Shown: positions 25,712 to 41,100 of the stretch, piece after piece | How the letters are laid out: each line of letters opens with the position of its first letter | Numbering within the stretch: position 1 is the stretch's first letter | NCBI GenBank assembly: GCA_002189035.1 | Contig: NEEC01000009.1 | Location: forward strand, 2,232,001-2,296,000 | Length of the DNA stretch: 64,000 bases | Direction of reading: 5' to 3' | Source: Utricularia gibba | Lineage: Eukaryota; Plantae; Magnoliophyta | Translations under genes and position numbers: made by a program | Notes under the pieces: generated by a model | Told to the model about the DNA's origin: nothing | Seen by the model: only the letters and a program-made list of their open reading frames with translations | The model's database searches: none

Positions 25712-27481
25712 ATGGAGCATGATTACAGCCATATGGCGGATCCACGGCAGTTCATCACCGGTGGTAGGTCATTCTTCCCACCGGAGTTCATGGTGGCTCC
25801 GCACCTCCACCCCCATCTCCCCTACGCGAATGTGCTCGCTTATCGCCACGACCCTTCTGGGATAACCGGCACGGCTCTCGCTGCCGGAGTCGGAGGCGGC
25901 GGGGGTGGCATGGAAGGGGACGTTGGAGGCGGAGGAGACGCCGGAACCGGGCGCTGGCCCAGGCTGGAGACGCTTAGCCTCCTTGAAGTTAGAACACGGC
26001 TTGATAGCAAGTTTAGAGAAGCAAATCACCAGAAAGCTCCACTTTGGGATGAAGTCTCAAGGCAAAATTCGAAACCCTTTTCAGGAATTCTCCCAGAAGC
26101 AACTTTTTTAGAAACTTTCAGTTAATCATTCAATCAAAACCCAAAAAGTTTACACCTTTTCTTCCCTGTCATTTCTTCTACTTTTTAACTTCCTGCGGCC
26201 AAGTTTCCAAATCCTAGAGCGTTTGCTTAAGCTTTTCGTCAGGAATGCGCTCGTGGTTCGAGTCATCATGATTACTATCACATGAAACTAGGGTTGTTCA
26301 TGCTCAGTTTTTCAAGCAAAACAGCCACACTATAAAAGAACATTTATTTTCTTCAACTTGTGCTTTGTTTGTGCAGGATAATGTCAGAAGAGTATGGGTA
26401 TCAAAGGAGTGGTAAAAAATGCAGGGAAAAGTTTGAGAATTTATACAAATATTACAAGAAAACGAAGGAGGGTAAGAGCAGAAGGCAGGATGGGAAGCAT
26501 TACAGGTTTTTCAGGCAGCTTGAAGCTCTCTATGGCGAAACCAGCAAATCTGCTTCAGAAGCAGACGCGAGCCATTTCCACAGTGGTGGAAATTTCAGGC
26601 AAGCATTCTCCAACAACGAAGTGGGGTTGGCTATGAATCAAGGAACTCCATTTTCGACCCCAAACAACAACACCAGCAACAATCTTGTCAGCCCATCAAA
26701 TTGCTGTGACTCTGCTGATATTTCATCTGGGGAGAGTGATGTCAGGGAAGATGAAGAAGATGAAGAAGAAGAGGAAGCAGCAGCCAGTGGTGATCAGAAG
26801 GGTAAGAAACAAAGGAGGGGTTTAAAGGGTAAAATCATGGGCTTCATTAACCAGCAAATGACAAAGCTGATGGAGAAGCAAGAGGCTTGGATGCAGAAAG
26901 TTATGAACACGATTGAGGTCAAGGAGCAAGAAAGGATCTTGAGGGAAGAGAAATGGAGGAAGCAAGATGCGGCAAGGATTGAAAGGGAGCACAGCTTCTG
27001 GGCTGGCGAAAAAGCATGGATCGAAGCAAGGGACAATGCCTTGATGGAAGCATTTCATCAAGCAGCTGGCAAACAGAACAAGTACATGGATTTCATGCCT
27101 GGGAAAGCAAATGGAAACTTCAACACGGTGATGTGGACGGAGCATGAAGTGAGCAAGCTGATACAGCTGAGAAGTGGCATCAAATTCGGAGGTGAGAGCG
27201 GGATCTCAGAAGAGGCTTTGTGGGAAGAAATATCCAGGAAAATGGTCAGCTTTGGGTACCAGAGAAGTGGGTTTATGTGCAAAGAGAAATGGGACTCACT
27301 GAATGATTATGGAAGCAAAGGGTGCAAGAAAAGAAAGGAAAATGAGAACCCAAAGACTGGTTCCTGCTATGAGAATACCGTGGGAAGTTTGTATTGTGAT
27401 ACAAGTGAGCAAGGTGGAGCTGGGCTCCCAATGAGCATCGGCAACCACAGTAATCACCATCACTGGGGATCTGGCTTCTGA
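25712..27481 (+). CDS. PTL: GT-2 clade trihelix transcription factor, PETAL LOSS-like; exons 25712-26061, 26377-27481
   Basis: GRWPRLETLSLLEVR...LWDEVSR|IMSEEYGYQRSGKKCREKFENLYKYYKKTKEGK, central coiled coil, second trihelix WTEHEV...CKEKW. Confidence 0.85.
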
Positions 27482-29020
27482 TCTTTGAGATTGTGTGCAA
27501 GTTTCATGCATCGTTTCTCTGTGTGTGTTTTTCTCTGTCTGCTTTCACATTCAGTAGTCCACCTATCTCAATCTCTCTCTGTGTCTCTTCACAAATGCAA
27601 CTTGTTCCTATGGTATCTTACAACACATCATTCACTATAAAAAACAGTTAGAGAAATCCATGGTTCAAAGTGAGATGATTACTCAGGAGAAAAAACAAAC
27701 CCCCATCAAATAAAATAAATGAGAGTTCTGGTGCTTGATGCATGCGGACATACGGAATTAAAATAAATTTGAGGGGTACATATGTAAATAACGAAAGTTG
27801 TTGTTATGTGCACGTGGAGGGTGGTGATTGGCGAGAGCAAAGTATGTTATTGGCGGTCAAACGAGGCTTAAAAAAGTTGACTGATTGGATCCGGATGGGG
27901 TTTGTCATTGATGACATTACTCTTTGACATGACCATTAACTGCCTCCCTGCGACGCTCTGCCTGCGCCCGCCCGCGCGCGCGAGCGGTTCGGTTGGATCA
28001 GCGCTGTGCGTGCAGCGCTGCCGCGTCTGTTCCAGAATGTTCCGGCATCTTTCGGGCCGAGAGGATTCTCCCGATTCGACGATCCAATCCTGCTGCTGCA
28101 AAACCCTAGCTCGAATATCAGGTTTTTTTCTGTGCTTCTTTTTTTTTGCGATCGGGAATGAATAAAATATAAAAAATAGGAATAGACTCCAAGAAACCAC
28201 GGATCTGCAGCATTCTGCGCTGGAGTTGGGAGAATGGAGGAGGACTATTGGTCTGATTTCTCGCGCAGCAGAGCTCGCTGCGGCTCCACGGGAACCTGAT
28301 GCTCTGCCCTACACTACATACTGATGCCTGGAGAAGAATTATTGGGAGAGCAGCGAACTGGAGGGGTGGGGTGGGAATCCTGGCTTTTAAAATTCTGGAT
28401 TAATTGAAATTTATTCAATTCAAATTTAATTCAATGTGTTTTTTTTTTAAAAAAATAGAAATATTAAATTTAAATAATTATTTTTATTTTTTTATGATAT
28501 TCTGAATTCATTGAAAATGATCCAATTTCCAGGTACACATTAATCCTCCACATCCATTGGATCCAGCATGTGAAGGCAATATTTTGTACATGTTCGGCAG
28601 GACGTTGAATCTCTGCGTGTCCAGTCACGTTGGCCTCCTACTTTGGGAAGTGTAAATTAATAAAATATTAGGGTTTTATTTAAATTCGAATAAGAGGCTA
28701 TGTACGGAAAAGGCCCGGTCCAAGAAAACGGTGGCCCAATAGGATCCGGCCCAAGGGTACGCCTTGAATCAGGTCGACCACAGGCCGGTTGATGGATGTG
28801 AAAGACTTGGCGTTGAAATCAAAGGAAGGGAACGGTAGCAATGCATCGCAGCCTGCTTCGTTAATAAAACATGCAAACAAAGGTTACTGGGTCTCTGAAT
28901 GCCAGCAATCTCACAGAATTGATGCTGCCATCAAGCTTTATTCAAACAACAATGGAAGGATAGGTACCCGGAAACCGGCAAAGCAAGTTGGAGTCTCTGC
29001 GGAGCTGCAAAAAGGTTAGC

Positions 29021-30697
<1,677 letters not shown>

Positions 30698-31332
30698 GAC
30701 TAAACTCCCAGATCTGAACCTGAAGGAAGAGCTTCAAGAAGCGAAAATGAGAAAGTGACAGAATGGACGACGAAGAACTAGGGCTTTATAGAAAATGATT
30801 GATGTTGCTGGCGATACTATCGAACCCCAAGAAAAACGACGCCGTTTCGAGCAGAGAATTAATTTTTTAAATTGCCAAATAAAAAATTATATTAATAAAA
30901 TAAAAAACATGGATTATTACCAGTTCACTTGCCTTGGAAAGCCACACCATTTTGGCACCCAGTTGACACCTGACAAACGCAATAATTTTACCAATTATTA
31001 TTATTTAATGCATACTTATGCAAAGCTGTGATTAGTGAGATAAAGAGTTGCGTCATCTGCCACGCAAAGTCAACAGCCCAATCCACCTACTCAACATTCC
31101 CCTCGAACCCACCATGCAAACTGAACTTCATCTCCGTCCCCCCCACCGCCGTGCCTTTTCCGGCTCCGGTCCCCCCCTTTCATGGATTATTCCATGTATA
31201 GAGCAAACCAACGATAAGACAGTGTAACCTTGCGCGGTGTGGAGGTTTCAGATGCTTGCTTGCTTGGACCCCATCAACAATTTGGATGAAAGAAGTCGAA
31301 ACTTGCGTTGGGTGGGAGTTGCCGGCCGTGTT

Positions 31333-34300
31333 TCATGTTTCCGTCCGCGTTCCTCCGCGAACGGGTTGTGTTGCTGACGGCGTTGATCTGATCACCAGCC
31401 TCAACGAATCCATGATGTTGGCAAACGAAGGTCGTTTCCACGGCTCGCTGTCATTTCAAACCACACAAATAAGGGGAGGTTGCCAAGGTGCCTGCTTTTC
31501 ATCAGAAAAGAGTGTTCGCTCACTTGGCCCAGCAGGATGAGATTAGATCTGCAACTCGAGGGTTAATGCCAGGTGGGATTTGAAGTCTTTTCCCGTAGAA
31601 TCCGACTGCTGCAACGACCTGCACAGATGATGAATTTGACAATGTGTTTGATATTCGTCTGCGTTGGAGATGCGCATGGAGCACCAACCTGTGGGGGTTC
31701 AGGTTACCCCATGGTCGCTCCAAGGTGACCATCTCCCATAGGATCACACCGAAACTGTACACATCAGATTTTTCATTTGATGGCTCATCACGAAGAACTT
31801 CAGGAGCCATCCACTCAGGCTATGACAAGGTACAAAGATCTACTTCATGCTCTAAATAAGCAGCAAAATTTCATGCAATGACGCAAAACAAATGAACTTA
31901 CAGTTCCTGCAGCTGATTTGGATGAAAGGAATGTGTTTGCTTTTAGACGGGAAAGGCCAAAGTCACAAACCTGAAAAGCAGTAGTGATTTCAGTGTAGGA
32001 ACCGAAATATGCATACTGAAGGTCGTCACCCTTGTCCTCACCTTCACTGTATACTTTTTATCAACAAGAAGATTTGGAGACTTCAAGTCTCTATGAACAA
32101 TTGGAGGGTTATGTTTATGAAGACAGTTCATACCCTTTGCCTAAACAGCAATCATCATGCAGAATATCAGTTACCCGGATGGGTTTGCTCTGACATGCTA
32201 GATGCTGAAGAAAGAGCTTGAGTCCATACCACATCCAAAGCCATATTCAATCGTCGCTTCTCATCCAAAACTTCGTGTGCTCCGGGCTTATGCAAAAGCC
32301 TATAGAGACTACCCCTAAACCAGAGAGCTTATTACAGGGTAGGACATGCCAAATGAGGAATATGAACCAGCATGTATAAGAATATGAAGAATTTGGATTG
32401 ATAGAGTGTACCTTGAAAGGTATTCTGTTACTATGGACAAGTTGGGTGGCTCTGTAACAGCTCCCATGAAAAGCACTATATTTGGATGGCGCAACCTTTT
32501 CATGATTGCAACCTATTTTAACCACGTATAAGAGACCTGTTTCCAGAGAACTGTAAAAGGCCAGTCAAGAATTCAATAAATGGGCCAACCTCTTGTGTGA
32601 ATTCTCTGACGCGCTCAGCATGGAAATCTTGTTCCATCAGAATCTTTACGGCCACATCCTGCAGGATAACTACTATTTCAATCTAGAGGTAACGAACTTG
32701 GGATGTGAAAAAAAGCTTTTTTTCACATCTTTGAGACACGAGAAAGGATGTAACTTACACAACCATTCCATTCAGCAAGATGCACTGTACCAAAAGAGCC
32801 TGAGAAAGTCAGGCAGCCAAGGCATCAGTTGAACTGACAAGAAAAGAAGGGGAAAATGTTCCAGAAATTGGAAATACCTGCACCAACTCTGTCCTTTAGA
32901 ACAAGATCTTTCCATGGAATAGTTAGTTCTTGAATGTCAAAAGCCAGTTCTCCAGTTGCTTTGGGAGAAAACAAACGATGTTCTTTACTGAACTTCGTTT
33001 CCTCATTAGCATTTCCTCTGCGGTCAACACCATTTAGTGATTGGGCTTCTTTATGATCAAATGAAGAGATAACATTCGAGGGAATCACTCCTTTTCGGAC
33101 ATCTGTGGAATGACATGTCCTCCAGAGCATTAGATGTTTCTGAAACCAATTATGACTCGAGATGGACCTTATCCAAGACACAAGAATAAAAAGCTATACG
33201 GGTCATCATCTTTCAACATATACCTTGTTCCGAGGGGTAGAAGGTGATAAAGCTAAATTTTTTGCAGGAGTAATGCAAAGACTATTCACCAAATTAATAG
33301 TGGTAAAAAAAAGAATCAGTTTAGATCATATTCACCTGATACAGAACCATCAAAAATATTGGTAAGAGACTGAAGGTCCTCAAAATACTTTTTAGCAACC
33401 GCACTGAAATCAACTGGAGGTTTCATTTGTTTCAATCGAGGAAAGCACAGTGGTGAAGAAATGGATATTGTTAAAGGACCATTCAGCAAGGAATCAGGTG
33501 CACATAAGTATCCAGGTCTCCCAATGAGATCAACAACATGCTCCCTGTAATGCCAGTATACAAAATTTAGAGAACATATCGATTCCATTAATGGTAATGA
33601 AGAGACATTCCATAAGACCTGAGATACAAGTTGAATCATTTATAGAAAAATACCTGTCTGTATCAAAATGAACAATACACGAGGAAGCATCCTCCCGAGT
33701 ACAATAATTACATCCTTTAGCAATTCGACAAGGTAATCCAATCAAGTCAGCAAAAACCTAGAAACAAAGACAAACCAACAAGAACTATAAAAGGATCACC
33801 TCCATGGATACAAAAAGAATAAGGAATGGTCTGGAATTTGATTGGTAATATGAATCACAGACGGGAGCCATAGCATTCAGGTAGTAGAGGGTGGCTACCC
33901 AATTTACTTCTAAAACTGTGTATATCAAGCAACTTTCTATGTCAACTGGCTCGCTACGGCAGAATAGAGTCTCTTTTCCAACTACAAAGTAAAAGAAATA
34001 CATGTGAGCATACTTTAAAAAGCAATGCGCGGTGTCGGCATGATCCAGCATGCAAACTGCCAATTGGAAGGACAATCGAATGCAAGCTTTCCTTTAGACC
34101 GTCACTGCACTCTTTCCACATCGTGCACAAAGCATCTTCTCCTTCTGAAGCTGAACCGCTTGAGTAGCGAGGATGAATGCTATAAGACAACGATTTTATG
34201 GAAGACATTACATAACTAACATCCAATAACTCACCCCAGGTGATTGCAAACAAGCTTTGCAAGCTGTTCAACAACTTCTTCCTTCAAGATGATCGGGGAA

Positions 34301-35436
34301 AACAAAGTAATGATCTTATCGTGCAGCTCCCTCAAAATGGGATCCGCTTGGAGATCCACAGATATCACTTCAGCTGAGAGCATAGTTGCAGGACTCACAG
34401 TTCTTAATGATTCCAGCGATGGGATCCTGCCACTTTCATGAAGATCAGAGCAAACAGCCCATACATAAGGATCCATACCATGGATAGAATAGAACCCATC
34501 TGAAATCTTGTCAAAGTATGAAAGACAACCCGTAACCTGAATAGTGCAAAACAAAAATTAGCATATGAATATAATATATTCAAGCATTCATATGTGCACA
34601 TGGAACTACACTTTGACTTGGGAAACTAAACAACACCCAATACAGGCTCATTCTCGCTTATCACAAATCGAATGAACACGTAAGATCGGCAAAATAGTAG
34701 AATCCATTTCGGAGGCCCAACCAACACACTGAAACCAGGTCAATGTCGTTGACAGCTACGACGTGAACCATACGGGCCATTGATTCATGATATAATACGA
34801 AATCACTCTCCAAATACCCAACTTTTCACCGGTTCCACTCTTCTACAAACACGAACGGCACATATTTAGCGAAATCCAATTTCATACCCAGAATCTATGA
34901 GAAATGGCCTCCCCTGCCACCGACGAATTCGAAGGATCTTTAACTTGGAGTTCCAAGAAATTTGGATCATTAGCGCACGCGGCCTCCGAGTAAAGGCGAA
35001 GTGCTAAAGCCAACTGCAGTTGATAACTCTCCTCCGCCTGCAGCGCCCAGCTTTTCGAACAAGATGAACCTCTCCCACCCCCACCGGACAACTCCACCCC
35101 CTTATCCCTCACTTCACCTCCCCCATCACTATAAGGACCGATACCCACATCAGTATTCGACAGCGTAGACACAAAATACTCCCCGGAAATGGAACTTTCG
35201 CCATAACTGCTCCCACTCGACTGCCGCTGCAGCCCTAATGCACCAGGGAACCCCCCAGACGGTACCCTGCTTTGCGGCGGATCAATTGTATCCCAATCAA
35301 GCGACGCCCCACTATGGTGCCTCGATCCAACTCCATCCACTGGCTCAAACTCGTTGGAATACGGCTGCTGATTCAACGGGTCTTCCGGAACTTGGCCCAG
35401 CAACGTGTAATTCGATCGCCGAGGAGGAAGCTCCAT
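31333..35436 (-). CDS. CTR1: CTR1-like Raf-type MAPKKK, about 15 exons
   Basis: [13 protein letters not shown] start, [23 protein letters not shown]1/CN domain (CRHRALLFK), [43 protein letters not shown]; exon phases checked and intact. Confidence 0.93.
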
Positions 35437-36371
35437 CACAATTCCCCGTCGTCCTCCCTTTAGACGCGCTCGGCGGATTCCGGCCGCCAAGTTCGCATCC
35501 TGACGGATAAGTTTCTTCTAACATTCTTTGAACGTAGACACATATGCCGAAAACGCATACCGCAACATCACGACACGACTTCGGAGACGTTTTGCTATTT
35601 TTACGTAAACTGTTCCGTAGTCCGTACCACCCGAACAATTAGACCCTGCCCGAATTCGATGAATCGGGTCGGGTTGATATAAATAATTTTATAGAATTTA
35701 TTTATTTCGATAAAATCACCTTTCCATCCCTTTCTTAAACAGTGGTGTATGACGTGTAAATAAAATGGTTTTCTAAGAATTATTATTTCAAGAAAAAAGA
35801 CATTTTTTTAAAATAATAATAAAAACAAAGCATCGTTGTTAGCCCTTCATTAAAAAGATTCCATATAAAAAACGTCCACTGCGACGTATCAGTTTTGGAG
35901 CTTCTTTGCCACGTAGGATTTTTCAAATTCGGTTTCAAAACTAAATTTTGAGAAAATAACCAAATTTTATAATATTAATGAATATTGATTGATAGATTCA
36001 AAAATCAAAAAAACTTTGATAAAAATAATGATAGATTAAAATTTTGGTCGAAAGTTCGGAATTTCGTATTTATTGTAACAAAAGTCATTAGAGTATTTTG
36101 AGCATGTGGATGGGTAAGAAAAATAATATAGTGAGTGGGATGTATGGGATAAGATTAGAAATGATAACTATGGTTCCTTATCCTTGATGGTGATATTAAT
36201 TAATTAATTAATTTAAAATTAATTTATTAATTATCATTTTTCTTTTTTCCGCCTTCTTTTTCCTTTAAAATTCGGTTTGCCGTGAGACTAGACGGGCGGA
36301 CAATCGGCACCCAAAGGCGAACTTTCTTTTGTTCTCTCTTTCCGGCACCGCGCCCTAAGTAGTGCGTGTTT

Positions 36372-38186
36372 ATGGGAGCATCGCTATCCAGTTTGACTGA
36401 GAGCAGCTCAAGGAACGCTGAGCCGGGGTTGGGGGACATACCGGAGAGCTGTTTGGCTTGTGTGTTTCTCTATCTGACGCCGCCGGAGATATGCAACTTG
36501 GCTCGACTCAATCGCGCTTTTCGCGGCGCTGCTTCATCAGATGCCGTTTGGGAGACGAAGCTTCCATCTAATTATCAGATCCTTCTTCGGCTGCTGTTGC
36601 AGATAGATGCCGATCAGAATCGCAGCAGGAAGGATATATTTGCTATGCTCTCCCGCCCCCTTTCCTTAGATGGCGATAAGGCACGTTTCCGGTAAAACTG
36701 GAGTTTATTTTCCTTTTCCTCCAATTGAGTCACTGGACTTTTATACAAGTTTCTTGATTTGATCGTTTATCATAGCTGGTCATCTTGTGAAATCGGCCTA
36801 ATTGAACCTCATACCTGTGTGTTGATTCTGTTATGTTGAGTATATTTTTATTCATGAGCGTTGTAGATCGAAGTTTCTTGGTAGATTTTGGTTGATGATA
36901 TCATGAGTATATGATGTGGATTTTTGTTTATGATCCTCCTTTTGGAGGAATAAATCTCTCCAGGAAAATCTAAGCAGGCTAATCTGATTGTATGGAAATG
37001 AAAGGGATCTTGCTGATCAATATTCTCATAACGCAGTACTCCTTTAGATTGTGTTTCGTAGTATACTATAGTAAGGCAGTTCTTGCTTCATAATGCAGTT
37101 AGTTTGGCTAGACAAATTTACCGGGAAAGTTCGTATGTCAGTATCAGCCAGTGCGTTGGCAATAACAGGGGTTGATGACAGGAGATACTGGACCTGGATT
37201 CCAACAGAGGAGTCCAGGTATTTTTTTTTTTTTTCACTGATACTTGTTGTTTACATTTGGATATGGCAATATGGGAGCATTCAAGGATAAATAAAAGTCA
37301 TGAGGCTTCTGCTATATGTGAATTTTGTTAATATTCGTTTGTAGTTGGATTTATGTTATCACACATGATCTTAAGGTAGTAGTTTAATTTGATTTTTACT
37401 GCAATCAATTATTGTTTGGAATATCTTGTAACACCGCCATCCAAGTACTGCAGTTTCAATTTTCTTCTTTCAAACTCTTTACCTTATAAGTTTACTGAAA
37501 CCTATTTGAAGCGACTTCATATATGTATATATATTATCCAGTTACATCTAAAATAATTTTTTTTGGAAAAAAAAAAAAAAAACAAGATACTTAGAAATAC
37601 TACCCTAGTTTCTTTGAGAGGCATGTACAATAACATCACAAACTTGATATGGTGATTGTGCCGTGATTATTCAAGCACTGCTTTTCTTTTCTTGGGTATT
37701 GAAGTGGTTGATCGCTGCAGATTCAGTGTTGTCGCCTACTTACAGCAAATATGGTGGTTTGAGGTTGATGGTGTGGTGAAGTTCCCCTTTCCACCAGACG
37801 TATATCTGGTGTCATTTAGGATACACCTCGGTAAGTTTTCCAGAAGACTTGGACGTCGTGTTACGAATTTTGAGCACACCCATGGTTGGGAAATCAGACC
37901 TGTGAAATTTGAAATTTCTACATCAAATGGCCAGCAAGCATCAGCTGAGTGCCTCTTAGATGACCCTCATCCTGAGGGCTCTATTGGAAGTTACAGGCGT
38001 GGATGCTGGATCGAGTATAAAGTTGGTAAATTCATAGTTTCTGAATCAGATGCTGAAACCGAAGTCAGATTTTCGATGAAACAAATTGACTGCACACATT
38101 CTAAAGGTGGCCTTTGCGTGGATTCAGTTTCAATCACGCCCCTGCTCGTGGAAGAGCGTAGAAGAAGGGGAATTCAAAAGTACTAG
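36372..38186 (+). CDS. PP2A15: F-box/phloem protein 2, PP2-A15-like; exons 36372-36680, 37099-37217, 37721-38186
   Basis: GLGDIPESC F-box, ITGVDDRRYWTWIPTEESRF, FEHTHGWEIRPVKF, DCTHSKGGLCVDSV. Confidence 0.9.
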
Positions 38187-41100
38187 GTCGTTGTGCCCTT
38201 TGTTGTTTGGGCTACATAATCCTACTCGTGAAACTTCCCTCTCCGCAGTCCATGTAATTTTCATGTGTAACTAGCAGCGGTTCTGGATTTTAAATGGAGT
38301 TCAAGAGGGCAATAATGGGTGTGCCTGTACTGGAAGTTGTATTTGTACAAGACACACTTGGGTAGATTTCTGGCGGTATGACTTTAGTTCAGAATTGTTA
38401 GATAATGTGTAAGTACTCGACATCCTTTCCTGGTAACATCTAGTTAGTGTACACGATGCTTGTGTTGATTCTGTGTGTTGCTTGCATTCCTCTCATATGC
38501 TTATGTTGGCACAGTTGATGATGTTGGCAGGGCCTTTTTATCTCACTGAAATCCATATCCATTTGAGTCTCTTGAATGATTAACTCTTAAATGCTAAGCA
38601 GGTGCACATTCTTCGGTTTGGAGGAGATGGCACTTGTATCACCTGCTAACATACGCTTTTTTGTCAGTTCCAGTGGTTCAGTTCCTTTGAAAGATACAGG
38701 GTCAGGCATCAGGCACTCGGCCCAAAAATCCCACCATTCATGGATCTTTACACTGCGGTCTGGTATACCTCTTGAAATTTTAAACTTTACACAGAAGTGA
38801 ACGTTTCTATGCAGGACATGGAGACAATGACCCCATCACTCAGCCTTGCTCCGTTATCATCAATCACTTCACAACACATTCGCTCATGATTTGATTGCTC
38901 TTTAGACCCATCCCATCCCATATCCTTATCCTGGTATCCTGATCACCTTCTCTGTTATGCACTGGTGAAGTTCCTCTAACCAGCAGTGCTGTGCTGCGCT
39001 GTGCTGTGTGGGAATCTTTCGTACGGGGAGGTGCGTCCTGGGTTCTTGATTGCAGCAGCGTTTGAATTTGATTGTAGAGTGAAGGAGCAGGTGGAGCAGT
39101 TAATGGATGCTGGAGGGGGTTAGTGAATTTGTGGAGGAAGCAGTTGTCTGTCTCTTAGTTTGGTGCTGGTTTTTAAGAGTAGCGTGCGTAGAGCCTTTAA
39201 CTTGGAGTTGGGGAGAGAGAAGGAGGAGGATGAGGCGAGGGCCGTACGATCTCCCCAGTCCCAGTCCCAGTCTGAGTTCCCACCCACATTTACTATTGTC
39301 TGCGCAATTCATGAGATACAAAACCCCCCATTTCTGTTCCATTAAAGCCATCTTGGTAGGCCTTTAAACCCCCCTCCCGTGCAATTTTGTTACGCCCTTT
39401 CCTCTTTTAAAATTAAATGATTATTCTACAACATTATTTTATAAACTCTATTTTCAATCTACGTACAAGTTCACAACCCTTATTTTATGCTTCATGAAAC
39501 AATGTATAATTTATTTATTTATTTTAAATTCAAACACATTCAATTTTAATTAAATAAAACACGTGTTTATTCAAATATATTTAATTCAAATACAATCAAC
39601 CGATCAAATGATCAATCTATCAAACGTTTCCTAAAAGAAATGGGCTTATTTTAATTGAAACGATATGATTCGGAATTCAAATGTTGACAGAATAAATGAG
39701 TTTATTTTTATTCAAAATAAAAGAAATCATTTGTTATTTGATACAATAAAACTCATCTCTCCCACAAGGTTATTTTTATCAAAATGATTTATTTTTTAAC
39801 CAACCTAACATTTCTTAAAACACAAAGTTAATTTGTGATTATATTTTTTTAAAAAAAATAAGATATTTTATTTTTCAAAAAAGATTAATTATTATAATGG
39901 GCGTTGGATGGGGGAATATATATGTAAGGTCCGAAGAAGGGGCGACAGTTGGAATCTTGAATGTGTGTATTTGGACGGAGTTGAGTTTATGTAATATTTT
40001 TAGGCATTAAAAAAAATAATATTTATCACAAGCTGGACTTCCATTTATGAGTTGATGAATGCAGATGTGACAAATTTCATTCAATCCCTAAATTAAAAAA
40101 AACCCCCAAAAAAACCAATTTTTGAAATTGAGGTTGCGGGGGCAGTAAATTTCATTTATTGCCCTTAGTTTGTAGCTGAATGAATTATTGGTGATGTAAT
40201 TTATTACCTCATCTAAGGGATTTACTTTCTTAATTTATTATATTTATTCATGTAGGTGGACGCCCCCCTCCCCAAATAATTTATTTTTTATGTGTGTGAA
40301 GCCATTTTTTTATTGGTTAAGTTCTTCACCTTCACCACATGATTGAAATGAACCCTCTATTAGCTCCTCTCCTTATTCTTGCTTCAAATTTTTCTTTGAA
40401 CATGAAACTCGATTCATCGGCTCGACTAGACGTAGTCGAAAATAAGTTGATGGAAGTGGCACAAAATGTGTTGGGAATCATGAATTTGGAGAGCAAAGGA
40501 GATTGTCACACACACAAAACCCTAGTTAGTATTAGGGTTTTAGGCGTCAATTGAGCAATAGGATGGATTCCATGTTTCCCCATTGGGAAAATAAAAATGA
40601 TTAATATCATTATGTTAATAAAAGGATTTTTTTTTTCTCAAATGAAACACGTGTGGGAAAAAACTCCTGTAAATTCTTACTTATTGAGAAACCAGGTGAA
40701 ATCATGGATGATGGAAAGGATAGAGAATGAAATGATTAGATTAATTTTATACGAGATTTTTTTTCCGACAGGATAAAAGCGTACGAATGGGCGTAAAAAA
40801 TTTCATGAAAAAAAATCAATAATTTGACATTAGTCTATAGGCATCTATTCTTAATATAAAATTACTGGTCAGATTTTACTATTCATTGAGACATCAAGGA
40901 AATGTGTCTCCATGATGATTGATCACAATGCCTAGTACCACACCTCTCCCACAGTAAATTTTCCAGTAAAAAACACTTCTAAGTTCCCATACTACACGCA
41001 CGTTAACACAAGTAAAGCAACACTCTTTCAGCATTTCCTTTGCCTCATAACTACAATATGTATTGTGGATCGCCATTTTGCTGCATCGAAATTCCTCTTT

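Noticed and set aside
33140-33335. Apparent phase conflict around the CTR1 29-nt mini-exon
   Set aside because: Resolved by the acceptor TTTCAG|AAACAT giving an 84-nt intron
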